A stretch of DNA of 64,000 nucleotides from a virus (Duplodnaviria; Heunggongvirae; Uroviricota; Caudoviricetes): IMG/VR virus record IMGVR_UViG_3300033072_000187, positions 1 through 64,000 of that record; one strand, written 5' to 3'. Position 1 is the first letter of the stretch, and each line of letters opens with the position of its first letter. Positions 35,926 through 45,857 of this stretch are shown piece by piece. The notes below the pieces were generated by a model. It worked only from the letters and a program-made list of their open reading frames with translations. It ran no database searches and was not told where the DNA came from. The translations under genes and the position numbers were made by a program.

Positions 35926-36901
35926 ACGAATTGTGTTTGATTATGACTGGTTGGTATTCAAAGCTGCTTGTGCAGTAGAGGATAGGTTTGTACGCGTTCA
36001 TAATAAAAAGAACAATACAGAACTTATCTTCAAGAATCGTACCGAGGTATATGGTAACTGGAGAAAGAAAGATGGTGGTTGGTTAGCCAAACAAGATAAC
36101 TTAACCTTAGATGATATTGAAATCTCGGATGATCGTGAAGTAGAAGAACTTAAAAATGCCTTGCATATTGCTAAAACTATTATTGAAGATGTTGTTGAAA
36201 CATTAGGTGCAACTGAGTATTTTGGTTATGTGTCTGGTGAAGGTAACTTTAGAAAAGACATTTGCACGTTACTCCCGTATAAAGGCAATCGTGAAAATAT
36301 GATTTCACCTCTACATCGTGCAGACGTGGCAAAATACCTTGTAAATAACCACAATGCTATCTACACGCACAATGAAGAGCCTGATGATGTAGTTGTTAAG
36401 TACATGCACAATGCGTTTAAGAATAAAGAGAATGTTGTTTGTATTGTGAACGAAAAGGACTACATGGGTTGTGACGGTAACTGGTGGAATTATGATAACC
36501 GGACTTTAACTAAAGTAAGAGGCTTTGGAGAACTGTACAGGGATTCAAAAGGTAGCGTAAAAGGTTATGGTAGAATGTGGAAATACTTTCAGGTATGCTT
36601 TTCTGATACAAGTGACAATTATGCTGCTAATTGTTTTTCCGATAAAAAGAATGGTGAAGTTGCGGTATATGAACGATTGAAAGATTGTAAGAGTGATACT
36701 GAGGCTTTTTCTGCAATGAAAGAACACTTTATGTACTTATACCCAGAACCTAAAGTTATTACTAACTGGAAAGGCGATACCTTTGAAATTGATTGGCTAT
36801 ATGTAATGCAAGAAATGTTCAACATGGCACACCTTCATAGATGGGATAACGATTTTATTGATGTTAAAACTGTAATGAATAAACTGAGGGTAAAACTTTG
36901 A
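35918..36901 (+). CDS. 5'-3' exonuclease / flap endonuclease (FEN family)
   Basis: LPYKGNR (YKxxR) and HNEEPDDVV (E-A/P-DD) motifs. Confidence 0.65.
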   Translation: MTKRIVFDYDWLVFKAACAVEDRFVRVHNKKNNTELIFKNRTEVYGNWRKKDGGWLAKQDNLTLDDIEISDDREVEELKNALHIAKTIIEDVVETLGATEYFGYVSGEGNFRKDICTLLPYKGNRENMISPLHRADVAKYLVNNHNAIYTHNEEPDDVVVKYMHNAFKNKENVVCIVNEKDYMGCDGNWWNYDNRTLTKVRGFGELYRDSKGSVKGYGRMWKYFQVCFSDTSDNYAANCFSDKKNGEVAVYERLKDCKSDTEAFSAMKEHFMYLYPEPKVITNWKGDTFEIDWLYVMQEMFNMAHLHRWDNDFIDVKTVMNKLRVKL

Positions 36902-36997
36902 GTGAGGACGATATTAATACTTTAAGGGGTATGATTATTCTGAGACACACGGAACAAGGCGTTAATTGTAAAATTTTACTTACTATGGAGTTGAACT

Positions 36998-37171
36998 ATG
37001 AGTATTAAAAATGGATTCCATTACGATGATTACCATCGTAGGTATTACAGAGATGAGCAAGGTGATAAAATCCCAGAAGATATTTGTATATGTTATGCTC
37101 ATGAACTAGGAGAGTGCAGTTGCGATTGTACAAGTTGGGAGGATTATGAATATGATGATTTTGAGGATTAA
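36998..37171 (+). CDS. small acidic Cys-containing protein (57 aa)
   Basis: Read by hand. Confidence 0.35.
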   Translation: MSIKNGFHYDDYHRRYYRDEQGDKIPEDICICYAHELGECSCDCTSWEDYEYDDFED

Positions 37172-37174
37172 ACT

Positions 37175-37417
37175 ATGACTATAGATATTAAAATACTAAG
37201 AGATCAAATCAGCAATCTAACTGAAAAATTCATTAAACGAGTTAATACTGATCCTCATTTTCTATCAGAGTTTGTACAAGACACAAATGTAGATGAACTA
37301 ACGTGTATAAGTTTCAGTAAAGATTTTTGTTATATCGAGTATTGTAAATATTTAGGGGACGAGAGAAGGTATGTTACCTCGATTGAACATTTCGTTGGGC
37401 ATATACTGAGTACTTAG
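37175..37417 (+). CDS. hypothetical protein
   Basis: Track ORF. Confidence 0.45.
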   Translation: MTIDIKILRDQISNLTEKFIKRVNTDPHFLSEFVQDTNVDELTCISFSKDFCYIEYCKYLGDERRYVTSIEHFVGHILST

Positions 37418-37497
37418 AACAACTTAGAACATCAAGATGAAACTTGGGGAGGGAATTATGAATAAATGCGTCTATTTACATAAAGATTCGGATAGAC

Positions 37498-38031
37498 ATG
37501 GAAAATAAAAACAAAACTGTTGACCTTTTTACAACAAAAGATACCACTCGAATTAGAGAGTTGCTTCTTAAAGAGCAAAGTGGTTTAGACTTAATCACTG
37601 GCTTAGAAATACCTCCAAAACAAGCAGTAACAGACCACAAGCACGATAACGAACAGTTCGTAAGGGGTATCCTTCATAGACAGACTAACGCAAGTCTAGG
37701 TAAGCTAGAAGGTATTTGGACAAGGTATCTTTCTTATTGGTATCCTTATGACCTACCAACATTCCTGAGACAAGCAGCAGACTATATTGAAAAATTTGAT
37801 AAAGAGCCTGATAAAAGGTTTAGGCATCCAAACTGGCAGAAGAAAGTAAAAACTAAGTTCAATGCTTTGAACGCAAAACAGCAAGACAAGGTATTATTAG
37901 CTTTAGGTAGTCAGCAAGGAAAGAACATCAAAGAAAGAAGAGATATTTTTAGTAAAATAGTCCTTGACAGAAGTTTAGGATTTGATAAGATAAGTTCTGT
38001 TATTGACAGAGTTAAGGAGGAAGTATATTGA
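37498..38031 (+). CDS. hypothetical protein
   Basis: Track ORF. Confidence 0.5.
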   Translation: MENKNKTVDLFTTKDTTRIRELLLKEQSGLDLITGLEIPPKQAVTDHKHDNEQFVRGILHRQTNASLGKLEGIWTRYLSYWYPYDLPTFLRQAADYIEKFDKEPDKRFRHPNWQKKVKTKFNALNAKQQDKVLLALGSQQGKNIKERRDIFSKIVLDRSLGFDKISSVIDRVKEEVY

Positions 38032-38966
38032 AAAGATACAGTACTATTATCCAAAGTAAAATCCTTGAACTAGACTATGACGGACTAAGCGCGAGGAAGA
38101 TTGCTAAGGAATTAAATATTGGCAAATCTGGTGTTATTGATTTTCTTACCCGAATCTACGGTAGTCGAGGAAATGTTAGAAAAGTTAAAGAAGTAAAACC
38201 AAAGATTCTTCTTTTAGATATTGAAACAGCACCAAGTATTGCTGCTGTATTTGGTAGGTTCAAAGTTAATATCTCTCAAGATCATGTTATTGAAGAAGGG
38301 ACTTGGCTACTCTCTTATGCTTATAAATGGTTAGGAGAGGGTAAAGTTATAGGCGACGTACTTACACCTTCTGAAGCTATTGCAGCAAACGATCAACGCC
38401 TGTTAGTGGATATTTTAGACTTACTAGAAGCTGCGGATGTTGTAATTTGGCATAATGGAGATAATTTTGATTTCCCTATTATCAAAACTAGGTTGATTAT
38501 TAATCATCTACCACCTTGTAAGAAAGTTAAAAGTATTGATACACTCAAAATTGCTAAAGAATTCAGATTTAATAGTAATAAACTAGACAGCCTTTGTAAG
38601 CAACTTAGTTTAGATGGTAAAGTACAACATCGTGGGATTAGCTTGTGGAAAGACTGCTTAGAAGGGAATGAACAAGCATTAAAAGATATGCTAAACTATA
38701 ACAAAGGAGATATTCCTACTTTGGAAGAAGTTTATAAAATTATCCGGCCTTATAGTACAAAACATCCAAATTTAGCTTTATTTTATCCTGACGATGCTGT
38801 AAGATGTAATATCTGCGGTAGTAAGAACATCAGTGAAACAGGTAATATCTTAACAACTAATCTAAGTGCTTTTACAGAGCATATCTGTAATGATTGTAAA
38901 GCTAGGTTTAAGTCAAGAAAGAGTATTACTACTAAAGAGCAGCGAAGTAAATATTTATCTAATTAA
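38028..38966 (+). CDS. DnaQ-like 3'-5' exonuclease (DEDD) with N-terminal HTH
   Basis: LLLDIETAP, WHNGDNFDFPI and YNKGD motifs. Confidence 0.6.
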   Translation: MKRYSTIIQSKILELDYDGLSARKIAKELNIGKSGVIDFLTRIYGSRGNVRKVKEVKPKILLLDIETAPSIAAVFGRFKVNISQDHVIEEGTWLLSYAYKWLGEGKVIGDVLTPSEAIAANDQRLLVDILDLLEAADVVIWHNGDNFDFPIIKTRLIINHLPPCKKVKSIDTLKIAKEFRFNSNKLDSLCKQLSLDGKVQHRGISLWKDCLEGNEQALKDMLNYNKGDIPTLEEVYKIIRPYSTKHPNLALFYPDDAVRCNICGSKNISETGNILTTNLSAFTEHICNDCKARFKSRKSITTKEQRSKYLSN

Positions 38967-38981
38967 AGGAGAATAACCTAG

Positions 38982-39509
38982 ATGCACAACACACTAAATG
39001 ATATGATTAAAGCCTATTCAAAAAAGCAGGAAAACAACATTCACTCAAAAGGAGAACCATCTTTGGATATTAAAATTTTAGATAAACGTCTTTTGTGCAA
39101 CATGCCTTCTTACGCAACAGCAGGTTCCGCTGGATTTGATTTACAAGCTTGTGTAGAAGAACCTTTTAAACTATACCCCGGAGAAGTAAAGATTGTTCCT
39201 GCTGGTTTTGCTATCAATATCAAAGACCCTAATTACGCAGCAGTTATTCTTCCTCGTTCTGGTCTAGGACATAAACATGGTATTATTCTTGGGAATAGTA
39301 CAGGATTGATTGATAGTGACTACCAAGGGCAGATTATGGTATCATTGTTTAATCGTAGTGATGAACCTTTTGAAATTAAACCAATGTATCGTATTGCTCA
39401 AATGGTAATTATTCCTGTAGTTCAAGTTGCTTTCAATGTAGTAGATTCTTTTGAAGAATCCGAACGAGGTGAAGGTGGGTTTGGTAGTACAGGTGTATCT
39501 ACAAATTAA
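38982..39509 (+). CDS. dut: dUTPase
   Basis: All five dUTPase motifs: [38 protein letters not shown]. Confidence 0.9.
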   Translation: MHNTLNDMIKAYSKKQENNIHSKGEPSLDIKILDKRLLCNMPSYATAGSAGFDLQACVEEPFKLYPGEVKIVPAGFAINIKDPNYAAVILPRSGLGHKHGIILGNSTGLIDSDYQGQIMVSLFNRSDEPFEIKPMYRIAQMVIIPVVQVAFNVVDSFEESERGEGGFGSTGVSTN

Positions 39510-39565
39510 TATTTAATGCAAGCCCGTCCGTAAGGGCGGGTTTATTTGTTTTAAAGGAGAGTAAT

Positions 39566-39739
39566 GTGCAAGTATTTAGTAAAGAATACGATGGTGAGTC
39601 TTTGTATGATGTTTATAGAGATGTATCAGAGGCGTTAAAGGTAATATATAATCCAATCCTTAATAATATTCCACAAGATGAGTACGGAATTCAACAAGGT
39701 ACATTCAAGGTTGTTATCACATGGGAACCAGGGGTTTAA
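39566..39739 (+). CDS. small hypothetical protein (57 aa)
   Basis: GTG behind AAAGGAGAG; read by hand. Confidence 0.3.
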   Translation: MQVFSKEYDGESLYDVYRDVSEALKVIYNPILNNIPQDEYGIQQGTFKVVITWEPGV

Positions 39740-39740
39740 C

Positions 39741-40142
39741 ATGAAAGATTTAATTGGTCGTGAAGTACAAGTAGGAAATTATATCTGCTACGCTCTTACC
39801 GCAGGACGTTCTGCTAATCTTGCAGTTTATTTAGTAAAAGAAGTAACTGAAGATAAAATTAAAGCTGTTAAAATTAACGAATCCTACGGTACTGGTTATT
39901 ACAATTATATCGTTAAGACAGTAGATTGTAAAAATGCACCATCGAAAGATATTTCCCGTAAGTACGCAAAATGGAGCGCAAATCTTGGAGGTTATATTGA
40001 AATGACAGAAGAAGAAAAGTATAAAGTGGATAATAAGACAAGTACGTTATCTATGCCTGAACGTATTTTTATTCTTGACAATTTTAGTAAAGAATTGTTT
40101 AATAATGAAACTAACAATACTGAGGAGATTAATAATGCCTGA
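39741..40142 (+). CDS. hypothetical protein
   Basis: Start trimmed to the ATG at 39741. Confidence 0.45.
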   Translation: MKDLIGREVQVGNYICYALTAGRSANLAVYLVKEVTEDKIKAVKINESYGTGYYNYIVKTVDCKNAPSKDISRKYAKWSANLGGYIEMTEEEKYKVDNKTSTLSMPERIFILDNFSKELFNNETNNTEEINNA

Positions 40143-40614
40143 ATCAAATAAGAAATATAAGTACTACAAATCAGTATACGATGATAAATATATTATTGTA
40201 AGATATGAGTCAGCAGGGGAGTTTAAGCAATGGTTCAAGGGGATTATAGTAGAATCTAACGACCCGAACTTTATCGTTGGGCATTATTCAGAACAATGTC
40301 ATTCACTTGCGTTTTATCCTTTATCAGATTATATTCCCCCTATTACAGAAACATCTACAACAAATACAAAAGACTCTACGGTAAAGTATAAACATTACAA
40401 ATATTCCTACAAAGGTGTTAAACTAGACCCTTATCGTATTCTTGAAATCTATAATATTACTTGCCCTGCACAGCAACATGCAATTAAAAAGCTATTACGC
40501 GCAGGTAATAGCGTAAAAGACTTGAAGCAAGATGTTCAAGAGGTAATTGATACACTCCAACGTAAGTTGGAAATGCTGGAAGAGGATGAATCTTTGGAGA
40601 TTGATAATGTATAA
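40135..40614 (+). CDS. hypothetical protein with one copy of a ~50-aa YxY..YIIV(K/R)YE repeat domain
   Basis: KYKYYKSVYDDKYIIVRYESAGE...FKGIIVES; TGAGGAGATTAATA-ATG. Confidence 0.5.
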   Translation: MPESNKKYKYYKSVYDDKYIIVRYESAGEFKQWFKGIIVESNDPNFIVGHYSEQCHSLAFYPLSDYIPPITETSTTNTKDSTVKYKHYKYSYKGVKLDPYRILEIYNITCPAQQHAIKKLLRAGNSVKDLKQDVQEVIDTLQRKLEMLEEDESLEIDNV

Positions 40615-41446
40615 ATTTAAAGTCGGAGATAGGGTAAAGGTAGTTGTAAAAAACGGAGAAGAGCCTATATTTAATGATATTATGCAGAAGTATGTAGGTA
40701 AAACTGGTATTGTTATGAGCGTAAAGAAAGAGCAGTACAACCCTTATGTTGTATCTGTACAATTTGAATGGGGTGTTATTGTAAATTATGATTCGTCTAA
40801 TTTGGAAAAAGTAGAAGAGAAAGTAGATAAATATTTTAAATACGAAAATGATTATGGGTATTTTATTGTAAAGCAAGCCACACGCGAAGGATTCAGTAAC
40901 GTTTATTTTGCAGGTACTGTTGTATCCTCTACCCTTCCTGAGTATACTGTAGGACAATACGACCACACATGGTTTAAACATTGCTTCTGTGAAGTACCAA
41001 ACCCGTTTATTAATGAAGAAGTTAAAAAGGAAGGAACTGACATGCAAGAAAATGAAACTAAAGATCGTTATTTTAGATACTCTCCAGATAATCATCATTA
41101 CATTATTGTAAAATATGAAGGCGAAGGAGAGAAAAGACTAGAATTTAATGGTACTGTAGTAGCTTCTAATTGGGGTATATATAAAATAGGGTATAAAAAC
41201 TCTGATTGGATAATAAATATGTTTGAAGAAATTTATGACTATTCTCATCCTTCTCCTTCCCCTAAACAAGTATATATTTGTGCATACAAAGGTCTTGGTG
41301 CTTTGTATTCTTACTATGAAGGGAACTCTATGGAAGAAGCCTACGAGAAGGTAACAAATGCCTATGGTGGTTATGTAGATATTAAGGAATGTAAGTTTTA
41401 TCAAGCAACACCAATTAACGTAGAGATGAAACTAGAAGTAAAATGA
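40607..41446 (+). CDS. hypothetical protein with two tandem copies of the same repeat domain
   Basis: DKYFKYENDYGYFIVKQ...FAGTVVSS and DRYFRYSPDNHHYIIVKYEGEGE...FNGTVVAS. Confidence 0.5.
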   Translation: MYKFKVGDRVKVVVKNGEEPIFNDIMQKYVGKTGIVMSVKKEQYNPYVVSVQFEWGVIVNYDSSNLEKVEEKVDKYFKYENDYGYFIVKQATREGFSNVYFAGTVVSSTLPEYTVGQYDHTWFKHCFCEVPNPFINEEVKKEGTDMQENETKDRYFRYSPDNHHYIIVKYEGEGEKRLEFNGTVVASNWGIYKIGYKNSDWIINMFEEIYDYSHPSPSPKQVYICAYKGLGALYSYYEGNSMEEAYEKVTNAYGGYVDIKECKFYQATPINVEMKLEVK

Positions 41447-41580
41447 ACTTGCTAAATAACAAACAACGAATAATCTATAAAACTACAGACGGTTGTATTT
41501 ATTATTCGAGGCTTGAAGCTATTATGAATTTTGAACAAATGATCAAAGTTCAAACTATTTATTATTTTAAGGAGATATAG

Positions 41581-42249
41581 ATGTCAGATTTATTTGATTT
41601 TATTAGAGCAGAAGTAATCGCAGTAACCAAACCCGTTGTAGATTATATTCCTGATTCAGAAGGTATTATTGCCTATGCTGCCAGAGTTAGTTCCCCGCAG
41701 AATCAAGGTAATTTTGATACAGCAAGTAAGCTACTAAAGTATTGTGTTGATCACAAGCATTTTTCTGTGTTTGAGACTACTAATTTAGTTATGCAAGTTG
41801 AAGCCCCTAGAGATATTGCACGCCAATTACTACGGCATCGTAGCTTCACATTTCAAGAGTTTAGTCAACGATACGCAGTAGCTCAAGATTTTTGTTTTAG
41901 AGAAGCGCGTATGCAGGATGTTAAGAATCGACAGAATAGTTTAAATACAGAAGATAAAGAACTAAAACAATTATGGCTAGAAAAACAGAAAGAAGTTATT
42001 GAACTAGTTAAACGAAACTATGATTGGGCTTTATCTAAAGGTTTAGCTAAGGAAGTATCAAGGGTTATCCTTCCAGAAGGTAATACAATGTCTAAACTAT
42101 ATGTAAATGGTACAGTTAGATCATGGTTGCATTATTGTCAACTTCGTCGTTCAAATGGTACTCAATTAGAGCATATTGATCTTTCTAATAAGTGCTGGAA
42201 TTCTCTTTTACAACATTTCCCTTTCTTGGAGACAGTTGAGGAGCAATAA
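41581..42249 (+). CDS. thyX: flavin-dependent thymidylate synthase ThyX
   Basis: ThyX signature RHRSFTFQEFSQRY. Confidence 0.85.
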   Translation: MSDLFDFIRAEVIAVTKPVVDYIPDSEGIIAYAARVSSPQNQGNFDTASKLLKYCVDHKHFSVFETTNLVMQVEAPRDIARQLLRHRSFTFQEFSQRYAVAQDFCFREARMQDVKNRQNSLNTEDKELKQLWLEKQKEVIELVKRNYDWALSKGLAKEVSRVILPEGNTMSKLYVNGTVRSWLHYCQLRRSNGTQLEHIDLSNKCWNSLLQHFPFLETVEEQ

Positions 42250-42336
42250 ATAATCAAATATCTACTTGATATTTATTAATCTGTAATGTATAATACTCAG
42301 CCCTTTAAATATTAAAGGGCAATTTAAGGAGATGTT

Positions 42337-42522
42337 ATGTATGAGTATTTATTAAATGAAACAGAAAAACGTTTGGTAGATAACTACAGACAGAAATTAG
42401 AACGTGAAAAGTTATTGATGGAAAAGTATAATAATTGCCAGCATACTTGGAAATGGGATGGTCGTTCTCATAATGGAGACTTCTATGTCTGTACTGCTTG
42501 TGGTAAAATTAAAATTGAGTAA
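42337..42522 (+). CDS. small Zn-ribbon protein
   Basis: CQH...CTACG. Confidence 0.45.
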   Translation: MYEYLLNETEKRLVDNYRQKLEREKLLMEKYNNCQHTWKWDGRSHNGDFYVCTACGKIKIE

Positions 42523-42531
42523 GGAGGTTTT

Positions 42532-42924
42532 ATGGAGTTAGCTGTTTTATATGTAAGTGAATCAGAGTTATTTCTAGCGGATAAAGATTACAATTCTAAT
42601 TGGATTGATACTGATAAAGATGAACTATATAAACTATTACATTCTTTAGGATTGGACGTTAAGCGAGACTTAGAATTTCAAGGTATTACTCAACATCGTA
42701 ATCGTTTGAATAAAGTAGTAACTTGCGGGAGATGGTTAGGTTTTGAGCGTACAGATAAGCAATGGATTAATTCAGGGTATGCTAGTCGAGCAGCTAAGAT
42801 TGCAGGGTCAGGGTGTAAATTACTAGGTTCAGAATTAGAGAAAGCTGTTAGAGATTTTCAGAATGATAAGTACAAGGCAGATATTCTTACTGAAGTACCT
42901 ATTAATGAAGAAGTATTAGAGTAA
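42532..42924 (+). CDS. hypothetical protein
   Basis: AAGGAGG RBS. Confidence 0.5.
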   Translation: MELAVLYVSESELFLADKDYNSNWIDTDKDELYKLLHSLGLDVKRDLEFQGITQHRNRLNKVVTCGRWLGFERTDKQWINSGYASRAAKIAGSGCKLLGSELEKAVRDFQNDKYKADILTEVPINEEVLE

Positions 42925-42987
42925 TTGTTGAAATAAATAATTGTTTCAACTGATATTGATTAATTATTATAAGAAAGGAAATAATGT

Positions 42988-43686
42988 ATGGATAAATCTC
43001 AACAAATTCTAAGCGATATTGTAGTATTTCAAAAATATGCTAAGTACGATCCTGTAGTCTCTCGACGTGAGACTTGGGAAGAGTTGTGCTACCGTAATCA
43101 ACAAATGCACATTAAGAAGTATCCTGAGTTAAAGGATGAAATTAAACAAACGTATAAAGACTATGTTGTTACCCGCAAGGTACTGCCTTCTATGCGCAGT
43201 ATGCAATTTGCTGGCAATCCTATTGAACTCAGTAACAATCGAATCTTTAATTGTGCGTTTACTAATGTAGATGATATTGCTGTATTTAACGAAACAATGT
43301 TTAACCTACTATCCGGATCAGGTGTAGGTTATTCTGTACAAAAGCAACACGTTGCTAAACTTCCGACAATTACAGGGCCAAATAACAAGACTCGTAGGTT
43401 TTTAATCTCAGATAACATTGAAGGATGGGCAGATGCTGTAAAGGTACTAATTAAAGCATATACTCAAAATAAAGCCGATCCAATTTTTGATTTTCGTGAT
43501 ATCCGACCTAAGGGGGCAGCTTTGGTTACATCTGGGGGCAAGGCTCCCGGCCCCGATCCTTTACGCATTTGCCTAGATAAAATCCGATCTGTATTGAATA
43601 CAGCAATTGGGCGTAAGTTGGAGCCAATCGAATGCCATGATATCTTATGCCATATTGCCGATGCTGTTTTAGCTGGTGGTAAATAA
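42988..43686 (+). CDS. nrdJ: ribonucleotide reductase (class II-like), exon 1
   Basis: FNCAF, GSGVGYS and DIRPKGA motifs; ends ...AVLAGGK* just before the conserved GGRRRGA position. Confidence 0.7.
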   Translation: MDKSQQILSDIVVFQKYAKYDPVVSRRETWEELCYRNQQMHIKKYPELKDEIKQTYKDYVVTRKVLPSMRSMQFAGNPIELSNNRIFNCAFTNVDDIAVFNETMFNLLSGSGVGYSVQKQHVAKLPTITGPNNKTRRFLISDNIEGWADAVKVLIKAYTQNKADPIFDFRDIRPKGAALVTSGGKAPGPDPLRICLDKIRSVLNTAIGRKLEPIECHDILCHIADAVLAGGK

Positions 43687-44618
43687 TTAGACATTAAGAC
43701 AAAGGAAAACCTAAAATGGTAGAGTACATTGTAAATAACAAAAAAGTTTTAGTTAATTTGTTTGATGAAATTCGTAATGAGATTGATGCTTACTTTATTG
43801 GGTACTTATTTGCAGATGGCGGATTTCATGCCCCTACACATAAGCGTAAGGCTCGAATGGCTGTTTCATCGACTGATATTGACATTATTAAATTCTTTGC
43901 CCATCACTATCAACCACTAACTGAAGTGATTGTTCGTGAACCTAATTGCAACAAAGCAAAAGGGATTATTGGGAAGCTGCAATACTCAAATCTAGTATTC
44001 TCTAGTAAGTTTTCTGAGACATTTGCTAAGTTTGGTGTATTGAAGTTGAAGAAAGAACGTACATTTCACAACATCCCAAAGAAGTTCTTTAATTCATTTC
44101 TACTTGGGGTATTTGATGCAGACGGCTCTATTTCGTGGGGCAGGAGAAAAGATAGAAACAGAGTTTGGGGGGAATTTAAGATCACTCACCAAAGCCACAA
44201 GTTTCTACTACAAATCCAAAGGATGCTTCTTGAAATGTATAGTATTCCGACTTTTGTTACTATCAAAAGCGCCAACGAAGATTGTTATGTACTACGAGTG
44301 TCAAATAGGCATGTTGTTAAAAACTTATTTGATATTCTGTATTCGGCGAACTTGGATATTTATAACAAAAAGAAATTTAATAACTACAAACTTTTTTACA
44401 ACGAGGTCTAGAAGTCGTATGCCACCTAATCGGGTTAAAATAGGAAAGCTAAGTCCGGGAGGATATGCTAATCTATTACCACTGACGTGAATCCTAAAAA
44501 GTAGCGTTAAGGTCTAGAGACTAGGGAGTGAGTAAGGAAACAATAATCTCCCCAAGAAATCCGAGTCAGTTAAAGACTGATAAGAAATAGTCCGATCCTT
44601 GGAGAAATCCAAGAAAAT
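43687..44618 (+). mobile_element. group I intron carrying a LAGLIDADG endonuclease ORF (boundaries approximate)
   Basis: Stop codon after exon 1, so not an intein; 3' region has P7-like GACUA ... AUAGUCC; a G precedes the proposed 3' splice site. Confidence 0.5.
43716..44411 (+). CDS. LAGLIDADG homing endonuclease (double-motif)
   Basis: YLFADGGF and GVFDADGSI motifs. Confidence 0.8.
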   Translation: MVEYIVNNKKVLVNLFDEIRNEIDAYFIGYLFADGGFHAPTHKRKARMAVSSTDIDIIKFFAHHYQPLTEVIVREPNCNKAKGIIGKLQYSNLVFSSKFSETFAKFGVLKLKKERTFHNIPKKFFNSFLLGVFDADGSISWGRRKDRNRVWGEFKITHQSHKFLLQIQRMLLEMYSIPTFVTIKSANEDCYVLRVSNRHVVKNLFDILYSANLDIYNKKKFNNYKLFYNEV

Positions 44619-45782
44619 TTGATACGACGTGCAGCTTGTATTGCACTATTCTCTAAAGATGATATGGATATGCTTTACTGCAAGTCCGGTACGTGGTGGG
44701 AGCTAAACTCTCAACGTGGACGTGCAAACAACTCAGTAGCCCTTGAACGCGAGAATGTTACTGAAGAAGAATGGAACACAATTTGGGATGTAGTAAAAAA
44801 CTCTGGGGCAGGAGAGCCGGGTTTTGTTTGGCTAGAGGATAGTGATTCTGGGGTTAATCCCTGCTCAGAGATAGGTCTGCGCTCTAATCAGTTCTGTAAC
44901 CTGACAGAAGTAAATGCTTCGGATGTTTTTACTCAAGATGAATTAAATGCAAGAGTAAAGGCAGGTGCTTTTATTGGTACATTGCAAGCTGGTTATACTG
45001 ACTTTCATTATTTACGAGATATTTGGAAGAATAACTCAGAGGAAGAAAGTTTAATCGGTGTTGGTATGACAGGCATTGCTTCTGGTGGTGTTCTAAAACT
45101 TGACTTAGTTGAAGCCGCTAACGAAGTCAATAAAGAGAATCAACGAGTAGCAAAACTTATTGGGATCAATCCTGCTGCACGAACAACTTGCATTAAACCT
45201 TCAGGTAGTACCTCTTGTGTAGCCGGTTCATCCTCTGGTATTCATGCTTGGCATAATGATTACTACATCCGTCGAGTACGTGTAGGTAAGCAAGAAGCTT
45301 TGTATGATTATTTGATTAACAATTTGCCTGAACTTGTAGAGGACTGCGTATTCAAACCGCACATTGAAGCCGTAGTATCTCTCCCTCAGAAAGCCCCTGA
45401 CGGAGCAATCCTGCGGGATGAAAGTGTAATAGACTTACTTGAAAGAGTTAAGAAGTTTAATCTTGAGTGGGTAAAAACAGGGCATAACTCAGGTAAGCAG
45501 CATCATAATGTATCATGCACTATTTCTATTAAAGAAGATGAATGGAATGATGTAGGTAACTGGCTATGGGAAAATAGGAATAACTACACAGGTGTTTCTG
45601 TACTGCCATACTCTGACCACACATATAAGCAAGCACCATTTGAAGATTGTAGTAAAGAAGTGTTTGATACTATGTTTGAATTACTGAAAGATATCGACTT
45701 GTCTAAAGTTATTGAAGTAGAAGATAATACTAACCTTACGGATCAGGCCGCTTGTTCTGGTGGCGCGTGCGAGATTAAGTAA
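44619..45782 (+). CDS. nrdJ: ribonucleotide reductase, exon 2 (true exon start probably ~44610)
   Basis: RRAACIA (GGRRRGA region) and the active-site VNPCSEIGL (NxCxE). Confidence 0.7.
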   Translation: MIRRAACIALFSKDDMDMLYCKSGTWWELNSQRGRANNSVALERENVTEEEWNTIWDVVKNSGAGEPGFVWLEDSDSGVNPCSEIGLRSNQFCNLTEVNASDVFTQDELNARVKAGAFIGTLQAGYTDFHYLRDIWKNNSEEESLIGVGMTGIASGGVLKLDLVEAANEVNKENQRVAKLIGINPAARTTCIKPSGSTSCVAGSSSGIHAWHNDYYIRRVRVGKQEALYDYLINNLPELVEDCVFKPHIEAVVSLPQKAPDGAILRDESVIDLLERVKKFNLEWVKTGHNSGKQHHNVSCTISIKEDEWNDVGNWLWENRNNYTGVSVLPYSDHTYKQAPFEDCSKEVFDTMFELLKDIDLSKVIEVEDNTNLTDQAACSGGACEIK

Positions 45783-45814
45783 TTGGTAGTTTTATAATTT
45801 AACATAAACAAAAA

Positions 45815-45850
45815 CCCTCCCCGGCGTAAGCTAGGGAGGGTTTATTCTTT
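45815..45850. terminator. bidirectional rho-independent terminator between convergent blocks
   Basis: CCCTCCC...GGGAGGG stem; AAAA upstream and TTTATTCTTT downstream. Confidence 0.7.
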
Positions 45851-45857
45851 ACAGCTA

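Noticed and set aside
43716-44411. LAGLIDADG ORF as an intein within the ribonucleotide reductase
   Set aside because: Exon 1 ends with an in-frame stop (43684-43686), the endonuclease is a separate ORF in another register, and non-coding sequence flanks it. An intein would be a continuous in-frame fusion.
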